From Entomortierella parvispora E1425 (taxonomy: Eukaryota > Fungi > Mortierellomycota), in the NCBI GenBank assembly GCA_020891255.1, contig BQFW01000009.1, positions 1,811,843-1,875,842 of the forward strand: a DNA stretch of 64,000 nt, written 5' to 3'. The notes below the pieces were generated by a model, which was given only the letters and a program-made list of their open reading frames with translations, did not search any database and was not told the origin of the DNA. Of this stretch, positions 1-12,300 are shown one piece after another (the first letter of the stretch is position 1; each line of letters starts with the position of its first letter). The position numbers were made by a program, and so were the translations under genes.

Positions 1-423
1 GCTCTCTTATGTTGGCTCTCTTTTGACAAATCGGCAAACAACATTGTCACTGCACAGAGGACACAATCACATCCACTGCAAACTCCCAGTGCCGATGCGC
101 GACACCCTTTTTTTTTTTTTCTTTTTTTTCCAATTGCTCGACGCCGAGGCAGGGACCTTGACAAGGCGCAGATCAGACGGCTCTTGGATGGTGCAATGGC
201 CGCCGTGTGTCCCTGGTTAAAGTTGCCGAGCTGGTCTAGTTTCATTTCCAATGGGGTGTTGGCCAGCACTGTTTTCTTCCCAGTCTTCTGGAAGCTCATC
301 TGCTGCGGTGCAATTGGATTGGGACAGGGTGAACTGTGGGGTCGTGTACACACCATCAAAAAATATTTGCTCAATTGGCTCGGTGTGACAACATGCAAAC
401 ATCGTTTCGCCAAGCGAGCAAGA

Positions 424-455
424 GCGTGGCGTGGCGTGGCGTGGCGTGGCGTGGC
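424..455. repeat. (GCGTG)6 pentanucleotide microsatellite
   Basis: Six perfect GCGTG units plus GC, read directly. Confidence 0.95.
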
Positions 456-1014
456 AGCTGCCCACGGACAGTGGACCTGGCTTGGCATTCTTTTTTATTT
501 TTTTATTTTTTTATTTTCCTATTTTTTATCATCTTTGGATCGCCTTGGCCTCCTTGGCCCTCCTTGGCCATGAGTCGAATTTCGCCCCTTCCTTCTGCTA
601 GGACGTGGGTGGAGAGGGCAGCCAATAATGACGAGACATCCGAGGTTGCGCGATGCAAGCCGCAATCAGCAACGAACAGACAGCCAGTGAACGGAAAGCG
701 CCCGTCGCAACCAACGGACCAGTCAACGGCCCAAATGAACTATCCCCGCTCCAGAGCTTATTTTTCTTTAATCATCTCGTTTTATCCTTCCTACTGGCCC
801 ACTGGATCTGACCTCTCGGCTTTCATCCCTTTGGATTGGAAACCCCGCTCTCTTGTCCCCTGTCTGTCTGTCTCTCTCGCTCTGCTGTCGCCTGTCGCCG
901 AGAGTGAAAAGAGAAGCAGAAGATTCGCACGTCCCGGGTGGATCGACACAGCACCACTCCAGACAACTCCATTCGCTGTGATCTAACATTCTCCGTTCTT
1001 CTGCTCGTCTTTAG

Positions 1015-4000
1015 ACAAAATGTGATCAGGCAAGGCCGACCTGTGGCCCCTGTCTCTATGCAGGACTGATGGAATGCACTTTTCTCTTGGGCAAGACCCC
1101 TGCCTCAAAGCGCAAAAAGCCTCATTCAGAGGTCGAGATCCTCGAGGCACGGCTAGAAACGATCGAGTCCAAATACACGGAGCGATTGAATCAAATGGAA
1201 AACCTGCTGAGCAAGGTCATGCCCGGTCAATCGGATCCATCCCAGCCAGAAGCAGGATCATCATCGTCGTCTTCAGCGCCCTCCAAATCCTCCAAGATAC
1301 GCCTTCAACCAGTGGATGGAATTACAATCAGCTCACCCATGGACGCGGACGATGGCTGGACAGACATGAACTCGCCCCAGGAACGGCAGCTTCGATATGA
1401 CCAATGGGATCAAAATATTACCAGTCCAACTATGGTATGGATTTTCTCGTCTTTGTTCGCGGATCGAAAAAAAAAAAAAAAAAAAAATTGAGGAAATTGA
1501 GAACATTTCGAAAGAGAGTTGCGGAAAATTAACACTGGGGCTCCATGTCTCTCTGCTTCTTTGTTTGACGTAGACCATGGACACTACAAGGACGCCGACT
1601 ATGAACAGCCTCTCTGTTGATCAGATCATGGGTTCAGGACCAGGGTCGGCGTCAGGGTCAGGACCAGGGTCAGGGCGACTGCCGTTCTTGAAAGAAGAGC
1701 CTGTCTCGGAGCCACTCTTTACGCCAGAGTTTCAGGTACAAATGGATCCGTCCCTCTTTCTACCCATACCGGATACGCCCTTCATACAACGATGACTAAT
1801 ATGAACCGCGTTCTTTGTTTCGTTTCCCGCAACAGTCAAGGATGGCCAAATCACCAGCATCCTCCATAGCACCGTCTTTTACATCCACCGTGGATCACAT
1901 GCAGGATGACAGCGAGGGCGACGACGAGGGTGATCTCGGAGAATTGGCATCCACACTGGACAAACTTCGACTTTTTGATGCGTCGGTCTATTTTGGAAAA
2001 GGATCCATGCTCTTCACGTCAACAGATCAAAATCAATTTTGGGACGAGGAAATCTCCTTTGATGTACATGATGTCCAGCATGCCAACATTCCTGCCGAGG
2101 CAACGACACTACCACCAGTGGAGGTGATTGATACCCTCTTTGACATCTACTACCGAGTAAGGCCACCTTTGCTGACCAAGCGATATTGTTTTTTGTTTGT
2201 TGGTTGGCAAAATAATTAACCATGGGGCGTTTTATACTTTTTTTCTGCTTCTTTTTTGTTGTTCCATTTTATTTTCCGGAAAATGTGGCTCTCATTTTCA
2301 CTTTTCAGCATTACTATGTGTATCTGCCCATGATACAGAAAACGACGCTACTGCAGGCACTGGAGGATCGGTTTGAGCCCCAGAGCATCTTTTTGTTGAA
2401 CGCAGTCTTCATGGCAGCCTCGCTCACGGGCGAATGCACCTACGCCGGCTGTTTTACCAACCCAAACGACATCAAGACCTTGGGCACACCGTTTTTTGAA
2501 CGAGCACGCATGGTTCTGGACTATTGTATCGGTATTCCTCGCCTTTCGACTGTTCAGGGCCTGGTGATGTTGTCACGGTACCCAAGGATATCTGGATTGG
2601 GTCATTCATACATGCAACAAGCCATCATGATGGCTCAGGATCTGGGATTGCATCGGAAATGTGATCGGTGGATCAAGGACAAACAGATCCAGGAGGCCAG
2701 GATACGAATCTTTTGGTGTTTGTACGCGGCCGACAGCTCCTCTTCAAGTGTCACAGGACGAAGACCCGTGTTTGATGATACAGAAGTGGATGTACCGATC
2801 ATTACGACACCCACAGAGCCCACCAATGTCGAGGACGGATCGTTCCATACCCTATTCTTGATCCATACCTGCAAGCTCTGGCGGATATTCCGAAACATTA
2901 AGCGTTACGTCTTCAACGCGACGGAGGTTCAGGAGATGGCACCAGGCAGCTTACCCAAGAGCTATGAACAGCAGCTGATTCAGTGGCAATTGCAACTACC
3001 AGTCGCCCTGCGATTCAATTTTGAGATCAAGGCAGACGATCCCCGTGCTTTATGCAATTCTCGTGCAGGTAAGAAAGAAATGAACCCCCTATTTTCTCCT
3101 ATCCATGTGAGTAATGATGATGTTGAAGGAACTTTGCGGCTAATATTTTTTGTCATTTTTGATAGGCATCTCTCAAATGCTGTACGAGTCTGCGTTGATC
3201 CTGTTGCACAAACCCTACCTGACATCGTCCGAGCACCTGAAGCGATCCCCTTATCGGTCTCAGGATATCTGTATCAAGGCCGCGACCAAAATCACAGAGA
3301 TTGCCAAAGTGTTGGCCCAGACCTTTTACAAGGCCTTTGAGTTGACGAGCGTGGGTGAATATGCCATGTTGAACGCGGTCCGCATCCACGTCATGTTCTT
3401 AAAGTCGAGTGAGGTCAAGGTGGCAGAGCAGGCTCAAGTCCAGTTTGATTTCATCATGCGGTTCTTCAGAGAGTTTTACTCGTCCCCGAGGGCCAATTGC
3501 GACGAACAGAGCATCAACTGTGTGCTCTCGTTCTTTGAAGAGTTCATGCACACGGTCAAGGGATTGAGCAAATCGAGTGTTCACGTCTGTGCAGGAGCCA
3601 TCAAAAGTCTGGCGCTGGCGAAACGGAATCGGTTGGCGAGTGGAAAGATCCCTCATGGAGCCAGTGGCGGAGCTGGAGGCAAGAATGTCAATGTCGGTCG
3701 ACTGGTCAAGATTGGCAAACAGGAGCGAGCCAAGGCCAGGAGTCAGTCGATCACCTCTCCTTCGCCGTCCTTGCAAAGGAAGCGTCATTCACATATTCAA
3801 CACGAGGTTCAACAGCGTCTGAATCCAGGCCAGATTTTGCAGCATCAACACTTTCAGCAACAGCAGCAGCAAAATCCGTTCCAGACCAGACAGGGATCTA
3901 CCTCTTCTGCTGGCGGAGGAAATGATGCGACCTATTTCAACCCTGGAAAGTTCCAAAAGGTGTCGCAGTTCATGGGACCTTTTGGAGGGCCTCAGGTGAT

Positions 4001-5078
4001 GGAAAGTTTGCAGCAGTTCCAGACATCGAATGCAATCTTGAGTCAACCCACCCAACAGCAACAACAACAACAACACTTGCAGCAAGGGTCCACTGGAGGT
4101 ACGACGACAGCGACGACAGCAGCGACGGCCTCTGCTTCTACCAGCACGAGTCCGATGGCTGCGAATAATACCACGCACATGTTGTCGTCGACGGGTCAGA
4201 TCCTTTCGTCTCCTTTCGGTGGACAGGGTCAACAAAATCAGCCAATGACGTTGACCATGCAACAGCTGATGCAACAACAGATCCAGCAACACCAGCAGCA
4301 ACAACAACAACACCAGCAACAGCAACAGCAAACACAACAGCCGCAGCAACACCTCTTTAATACTCAGATCGGACAGCCGATTGGGCTCTACGATACATTC
4401 AATCCGACCTTCTGGACCGACAGCGCCAATACCAGTTTCTTGACAGACCCGACCCTGACCAGCGGTGCCATGGGAACGACGACCTCTGCCACGACAACCG
4501 CCGCGACTGTGAATGCCACCACCTCGACTTTGAACAACAGCAGCAACAACAACATCACCACTACCAGCACCAACAGTAATAATAATATGTTTGCGAACGG
4601 GTTCATGAACTCGACCTTGTACAATACCACCTCTGGGAACTTTGGAACCCCACAACAGCAACCACAGTCGCCTTTTCAACAACCTGACCAACAGCAGCAG
4701 CAGCAGCAACCAGAGACTTCGAGCGCTGGGGTCGTCGATCCCTCCGGACTGTTTCTGACGTCGCTCAAGAAGGAACCCATGGACTCTACAAACAACGGTT
4801 TCATGATGACCTCTCCCGGACTGTTGGACGAGGAACTGAATGCAGATCAGGTCCAGGCCCTATTGGAACAGACCTTAGCCGCGGCCAACAATACCCGACA
4901 ACAGCAGCCCGCGTTCTCGTTCCAACAACAAACCTTTAATCAACCGTTCCAGAATCAACAGCAGCAGCAACAGCAGCAACAGTTCCGCCAGCAGCAGCAG
5001 CAGCAGCAGCAGCAATTGGAGCTGAGTGGCATGCAGGAAGAGTTTCATGCTTCGAATAATTGGCCTGGCATGATGTAG
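1015..5078 (+). CDS. Zn2Cys6 fungal-specific transcription factor (Fungal_trans domain, polyQ C-terminus); 5' exon(s) not located
   Basis: Exons about 1015-1434, 1574-1735, 1836-2156, 2309-3068 and 3166-5078, with GT-AG boundaries. The first exon found reads TKCDQARPTCGPCLYAGLMEC (last four Cys of a Zn2Cys6 cluster). Fungal_trans motifs: LSTVQGLVMLS, AQDLGLHRK, RIRIFWCLYAAD...GRRP. CAG/CAA polyQ tracts in the last exon. Confidence 0.9.
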
Positions 5079-5322
5079 ATTTTTTTTTTTTTTGGACAGA
5101 CCAGCAAAAAAACATAGACCTTCTTTGGAAAAAAAAAAATAAAACCACCCTTCCCCGTCTTGCATTGACTCATCTCTCGCACTCTTGCGCCTGCTTTCGT
5201 CAAGGATCCTCTTCGTTCTTGGCGTCTTTGGGCTCAAACAGAATATTATTATATTAAGGGGGATTTTATTACTAGAGGGTAAAGAGTTGGCGGATGCATC
5301 GCCAATGGGGGTTTGAAATGCT

Positions 5323-8300
5323 TTACAGACCATCCTTGACGTCGGTATGCTCGTCTGCGAAACGCTCGGCATCCTTGATACCCTTCTCGACATCGACCCA
5401 CCAGATAATAAAGATGGGGATGACCATCATCACCATGGGGAAGACGAATCCCCAGCGGGTGTCGTTATATTCAATGATGGCTCCGGTGATCAGGGGTCCC
5501 AACCAAGACGAAGACTTGTCAGTGATACCATAGAGAGAGAAGAACTCGGATTCCTTTCCCTTGGGCAACAAGCAAGCGTATAAAACACGAGAGAACGATT
5601 GGGAGGCTCCCAACATGAGTCCAAAGTAGATAAGAAGCTAGAAGAATAAAAGAAAAACAAATGAATGAAGAGATTAGCCAAAACGTCTTCAAAGTCCAAC
5701 GGGCTCATATCCTCCACCACAAAAACTTACAGGCCAGATCTCGACTCTGTACACCAATCCAAAGACGCCCGAGAAACCGATCAAAACATAGACGGGCACC
5801 AAGGCAAAGAAAAAGGAGATGGCCAACAGAGTGTTTTGGGAGGTCAACTGCAACTTGCGCTGGATGAACAACCACATGTAGGTACCGATCAGGGCCGAGA
5901 AGGGCACAAGGATGGCTCCAATCATCAACTCTGTGTTGTTGAGCAAGAACTTTTTCTTGCCCATGAAGATTGCCAAAGAGATGATGGTCGAACTGCCGTC
6001 AGAGACGATGAACCATGAGATCAAGTACTTGAAGGTCTCCTTGAGTGACTTTGCTTCACGGAGGGTCTTGCCCACTAATAACAAGAAAAAGCAACAACTC
6101 GTCAATTGGCTGACATGACGCGAGACGCTCTAGGTACGTTCGTAGCAACATTGGGCAAGAAGACTTACAGCGAATCCAAGAGTAAAAGAACAAGTTGACG
6201 TTTCCAGAAAGGGGAGTGCCGGGTTGAGCAGGCATGTACTTCATGGTGATGAAAGAGACGCAGAACCACCAAAGGCCAGTGAGGGCCATACCGATCTGCA
6301 TAGAGTAGGTGGACTGTCCCATTGCCAACGCAATGCCGGCAGCAATGATCAACAATGTCACTCCAGCTCCGTATCCGACAGCCATTGAATGAGAAGACAA
6401 CGTGTTGGAGATCTTATCCTTGATAAACTGGTAATCTGCCCAGGTCTCGAGTCCCTTGTTGACGTTACGGCGCACATCCACCACATCGGCATGGTCACGA
6501 GCCAAAGTTGGGATAAAGGCATAGTAAAGAACCCAACTGGCTCCAAAAGCCACGTTGGAGATGATCACCAACACCCCTGCCAACCAGTACAAGCCTATTC
6601 AAGAAAGTAGTAACATCATAGTCAGCTGTCTGTGGACGCCAGCCGGTACAACGGTCGCATGCCCGAACGGTCGAATGATCTTACTGTTGGAACGGATGGC
6701 AGCAAAGAGAATGGTGGCAATGGAGCCGATAAATGAGAAGGTCAACAGGAATGTCTTGCGGCGTGCTATCAAAAAAAAAAAAAAAAAAAGGTAAATATTC
6801 CTGTTCTCTTGTTTGTCTCGTCTGCCTAGCTCCATTGCGCGTAGAAACCCCTATCCTTCCACGTACTTCCGTGATCAGCCAAGGCTCCCATGCTGATGAA
6901 GACAAACGCCTGCAAAAAGACCGAGACAGAGATACAGTATAGCGAGAACGATGCAGTATCGAGCCACAAGCCTCCAACTTTCACTTCACACTATCGCCAT
7001 GAAAAAAAAAAAGTTGAAAGGTGGTTAGAAGATTGAAATGAAGAGAGGGACATCCATCACAGGTCGTCTTGCTGCTGTCTTTTTCCTACCTTGTAATTGG
7101 CAATGCTCTATCCGGGTCATGATCAATTGAGAAAAAGAGTGAGTACCGAAGCGTTAAGTTCTGTGCTTATTTTTTGGTCATTATTGTCTCCCGGGAAAGA
7201 CAAGGAACAATTCGTCCTTTGTGTCCTTTGTGCAACCCCCCCACACCCTTTAGGTTCAAGATGTTTTTTTGGCAGGTCTGTTGTCCGTCACTTTTCTCTT
7301 GTTTGTAGAGAGCAATCTGTGCGACCGATGCACGTGGGGTCAATCCAGAAGCAAAGACGGGCAAAAAGTGAAGAGAAAACAGGGTAAACTGAAGATGGAG
7401 AGGCTTACCGTGTCGCAAGGAACAGTGTGGTCCTCAGTCTGGTAGCCATATCCACTGGAGAGAGACTCGAGCACAATGGGGGCCAGGGCTGAGATGCAGA
7501 CAACAGAGTAGGGCTCGGCCTGTGTTTGATGTCAACAAGAGGTTGTTCGGGTTAGACTTTTTTAGAGTTGCTTTGTTGATTGCTGTATGTCTGTATTCTT
7601 TCAGAGCAATGGTCCGCAAGACGAAACAAAACAATTGGAGGGGCAGCCTCAAGGTCAAGCAGGACTACTTACAGCAACAGCGTATGCGAGCCTGTGGAGA
7701 GAGAGAGACGGGGTGTGGAGGAGGTGGAGCGGAGGACAGAGCCGTTTTGATTGCAATAAAAAGATTCGATTGTCACGCGCAGACAGACACCAAAGCAAGA
7801 CAGAGAGAGAGAGAGAGCGAAAAAAGAGTTCTTTTGTTAGGAGAGTGTAGAAAGTCAAGAGAGCAGCGCAACTGGCCTTTGTCTGGACGGGCAGCAAAAG
7901 ACTCTAGGAGAGACCGTTTCTCTCTCCATCCCCTTTTTCTCCCTTTGCTCCCAATCTCCACTCGTTGTGTTCTGGATGCCCAGTGCCTCTGAGCACATGT
8001 ACATGGGCAGACACATATACCCCTGGAGGGTACCAATTTGTCACCCATTGGCTCTAAAAGTGGAGAGATCAGAGGATGATGGGAGAACGGACGGAGCTCC
8101 CAAGTGGACGGGCGTGTGGAGAGCAGATTTGTCCTGTCCAGTGGGGTTCCGATCTGGCCCTGCTGGGGGAGATCAGATCAAGGTTCTGGGTTCAGAGCCA
8201 GGAAGGAAGGCGGTTCAGGAACTGGGCCCGCCTGCAGGGCGGAACAGGAACACGAGCACAACGGGCGGTGGAGGAGGGGATTGAAAACAAGAAGGGGAAA

Positions 8301-8522
8301 GAGTTCATGCTGTCCCCAAAAAAATCCGCGAAGGCAGACACTGGGCTGGTTCATGGGGAAACAAGAAAGGGCGAAGAGTGAGATACCGTACCAGCCTTGG
8401 ATCTCGCGTTTGGTGAGGACCTTGTCGTCCTGGTTGGCAGGCGAATCACCGGCGTCGCCTTGGTTGAAGGCGTTGCGCTCGAGGTCGGCCTTTTGGCTCA
8501 ACTCGAACTCGGTGTTGGACAT
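5323..8522 (-). CDS. ATG22: Autophagy-related protein 22 (vacuolar amino-acid efflux MFS transporter)
   Basis: Spliced N-terminus MSNTEF...KREIQGW|LAYAVA|AEPYSVVCISALAPIVLE...VPCDT|SIANYK|CEVKVGGLWLDTASFSLY...ADHG|TRRKTFLL. Exons 8522-8392, 7691-7673, 7519-7409, 7107-7090, 6990-about 6866, then further exons to the stop at 5323. C-terminal motif FFSLYGITDKSSSWLGP is typical of Atg22. Confidence 0.92.
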
Positions 8523-9361
8523 TGCGCGTGTGAGTCTGCAGTTGTCAATGAGGACGGGGAGATGGATTCAGCGGAATGAGATGCAAGGAGGGAGTGGGTC
8601 GGGTCCTTCGATGCGAACAAAGGGAAGGAGGATGAGAGGGAGGGGGAGGGGGAAGGACCAAGGACCAATGAAGAGAAGGAGGGGATGGGGAAGGAGGGAG
8701 AGGAATCAGCCAAAGAGAAGAAAGAAAAAAAGAAAAAAAGGCACAGCGGGCACCTAAAATGCAATAAAGAACAGAGAGTCGCTCCCCTTCCGTGCCTGTC
8801 TTCTCTTCCGCCTGCCTGCTTGCCTGCCCTGTCTGTGCTGACAGACCCATCCAATCACACGGCCCTGATCGTCCCTCGTGTGGTTGCCACCAGCTGGGGC
8901 CATGCTGTTTGTTGCATGTGCCTGTCCGCCCATTTCTTCTTTTCTTTGTTCTGCCCAGTCATCTCTGCCGACAGCTCTTCCTCCTTTCCCAGGGAACGTC
9001 TCATTATTATTTCAGTCCTTCAGTCTTAAAAATACACTCGTCAGATTTTTATTCTACAATGGGCGTATGCTGGGAATGAGGAGGGCCAAGGACTGACTGT
9101 CTTCGGCGTGCGGCGTGCGTGGGATGACAATGGTGGTTAGTTGCAATGCAGATGTTTTTTTTTTCTTTTTTCTTTCTTTGGCACCGACCACTTGTGTGTG
9201 CGTCGGTGAAATGTGTTGTTTGTGATCCTGGCACAAGTATATGTACAAGAAGCAAAAGGTCTTCGTTGACCATTCAAAGGATCTCGTCTCGGGGACCGGA
9301 TCGTCCCCATTTGGGGTGCCTGGGCAGGTGGACAGATGGACTTTGAGAATAAGTTTGGCCC

Positions 9362-12300
9362 CTAATCGCTCTCGCAAGTTTCTGCAAGCTCCCTCAGTCG
9401 GTCTTCTTTGAGAACTCGAAGGAGGTAGCATTTCGAATACAGTGTTGGATCGACGGTAAACGTGTACTTGCGGGGTCGTCGTTGGAAGGCTATGAACCAC
9501 TTGATCGTCTTTGCAATCAACTGAAACTTGTAAAGATGGACCAGAAGAGTTCCTGTTGAGAGCAGATCGGGTAGATCCTGGGGTTCTGGAGCCACCAAAG
9601 AAACAGCCTCGTTGGCGCGGCTTTGTTGCTCCGGCGATGGGTCATTCTCGGCTCCGCTGGCGATATTATCGTCGACTTTTGCTTTTTGACTGGTAGACGA
9701 AGGTGCCAAGTACCAAGAGGGCGAAACTGCAATATGGGTCAAGTCAAAGACAAAGAGTCCCAGGAACGGAATACAACCCTGCTGATCAAAGGGAACCTGA
9801 TTCTGCAGATACTTGCTGTGGCTAGCCTCGGATTCTCCCAGTCCAATGTCGGAACTTGCGGTCACTCCGTTCGGAGAGACGCCCGCCCCAGTATCCAGAG
9901 GCGCTTGGTGGTTGAACCGCTGTGCTCGCTCGACCTCGGGCTCGTTTTGGTTTACCTGATTCATTGCCCTTCGAAGCACGTTCCAGTTACTGCAGGGGGA
10001 TATAAACTCTTGAAGATCCTGCAAGACATGCATCTCGTAGCCTCCTACGCGAGACCATGTTCGACGTAGACCGCACAGCTGCGAAGATCCCAGGCCCATG
10101 ACCAATTGGATCAGAGAATTGAAGTTGCGATATTGATAACATTTCTACAGCAGCGCCATGATAAAGAGGATCGAAAGCGACAGAGTCAAAAAAGCTGGCA
10201 ACAAAGGAATTGGTGGGACAACCTCGCAACCTCTCGCAACCTCGCCACTTACCTGTGCGATTCTGATAAACTTCTCAATGACGCGCACTCGATCCTCAAT
10301 TGGCTGCGTACTGACAACCTCTGAGGCAACCCACATACAGAGCTAATGGCGTAACCAAGGGACAACGATACGGAGTCGTTAGTCTTCATGTCATCGCATG
10401 TATCAAAACACTGTGGCAAAACATCGTGGCAAAGCACCTACTTTGTTACTCCTCTCGTTACTAGCATCCATGCCGCTCTGCTTTCGATCGCTCTTGAACA
10501 GGTATCCGCTGATAGAGGACTGGCTCTTACTTCTTTTCTTGCGCCCAGCCTTTGACAGCTCCAACTCCAGTAGCTCTTCCCACTGAATTTGCTCCAAATA
10601 GTGTTGTTCAAGTAGGCACAACTGCTGCGCGATTGTCTGCGACCGATAAAAAAGAATGAATGGCTTGTAAGGTAGAGCCACCGCGGAGTAGTGCTCATGA
10701 TCACCGTGAGTTGATGGACTAGCGGGCCAAGCTGGTGATGGCGGGACAGAATTTGGAAGAGAGGGCACTATTGGGTAAGGCTCCTGGTTCAGAAACTCGT
10801 GTACAGAAACCTTGCTCTCAAGGCTATTGTAGGTGGAGTCTCCACTGACCCTGTTGGAATTGATAGCCTGGTCGATACTTTGAATCGATTCCATACAGGC
10901 CACATGAAAGGGACAGTCGGGATTGGGGTGAAATCCCACAGAGTTGCTGGAGTTTGTCCGCGAGTGACGACTGCTCAGGGTGGAAAACTGGGCTCGAGTG
11001 GGTGATCGACTGGAGAGGGGCCCTTGTCCAGTGACGGGGCAAGAGCTGGTGTTGCTGCCAAGAGTAAGAGATGATTTTAACCGCTTGATGGATCTATTTG
11101 ACGGCTGGCCGATAGCTGAAGAGGTATCCGGAGAAGACACACCTGATCCAACGGCGGATGATCTCAGGATCGGATAACTCCTTGTCGTGTTAAGAGCGTG
11201 GTGATCCGCAATTCCTGTAAATGTCGGGGTCCAGCAAACACACTGGCGAAACTCGCTCTTCATTTGCAAACTTGTTGGATGCACAAACTGCTGAAAGATA
11301 TCCTCGCTCTTCTGTCGAAGCTTGTGGATGCTCTGTGTCATCTTGGTTGACCAAGTGGAACTCCTGGCCGACTTGATAGAGGCCCCAGACAGTCGGCGTT
11401 CTCGCTCCGCGTACATACTGTTATCGCTTGTTTGTCTGGACACGATTTGCACCCGAACCTCTTTTCCCTTTGTCGATCTCGAAGTCTATATAGCCATAGC
11501 AATTAGAGTGAGTCCCGTTTTCCTTCAACATTCATATCTCTTCACTTCAAAACGGTCAGTTTGGTTGGTTTGCGCTTACTGTTTGTGTTCCATCGTCAGT
11601 TGGAGTCACAATGCCCAAGGGGCCTCCTGCAAGGGTGGTGGCCCTCGTTCTTGCCTTGGGCGGCAATGAAGAAGGAATAGAGTCAGAGATATCGCTCTTT
11701 GTTGTCTTCACCGCTGAAGATGATTCATTATCGCGCCAGGCTTTTGAAACATCTACTGGGACTTCGCTGGCTTGACCTTGAAATGGCTGGAATGGATGCA
11801 CGTCATCATTTGGTCCTGGCCCTGCTGGACTTGACCCATCTTTACCTATAGGGCCAGATCGGGACTTTGCCGCCTGCTCTGCAGCAAAGCTCTCCTCAGC
11901 TAGAGCCTTGTAGTGTCGCCTTTGTTGTTTAAAAAAGTCCATGAGGTTTCGAATGATACGTGAATCCCTTGCAGAGGTTTGAACCTTGTGATTGAACCGC
12001 ATTTGGTTTAGGAAGGAAGCCATTTGGAAACGCAATGACTTTGAGGTGAGAAAGTCATCCTCAAAGTGATTATTGATCCAGTGGCGAAACACGACAAACG
12101 TCCTATATAGCAGGAAAGTCATGGAAACGTCGGTCAGAATTGCGAACTGACATCTGCTATGATATCCTCTCACTATGACTTACCGAACGCGAACGACACA
12201 TCGGGATTCTGTGTCGAGTTCTAAAGCCCAAAGGTATCGTTGAATCAGGTACTTGCAAAGCTGCACTGGCGACATGAAGAGCCGATAGGTCAAAAAAAAA

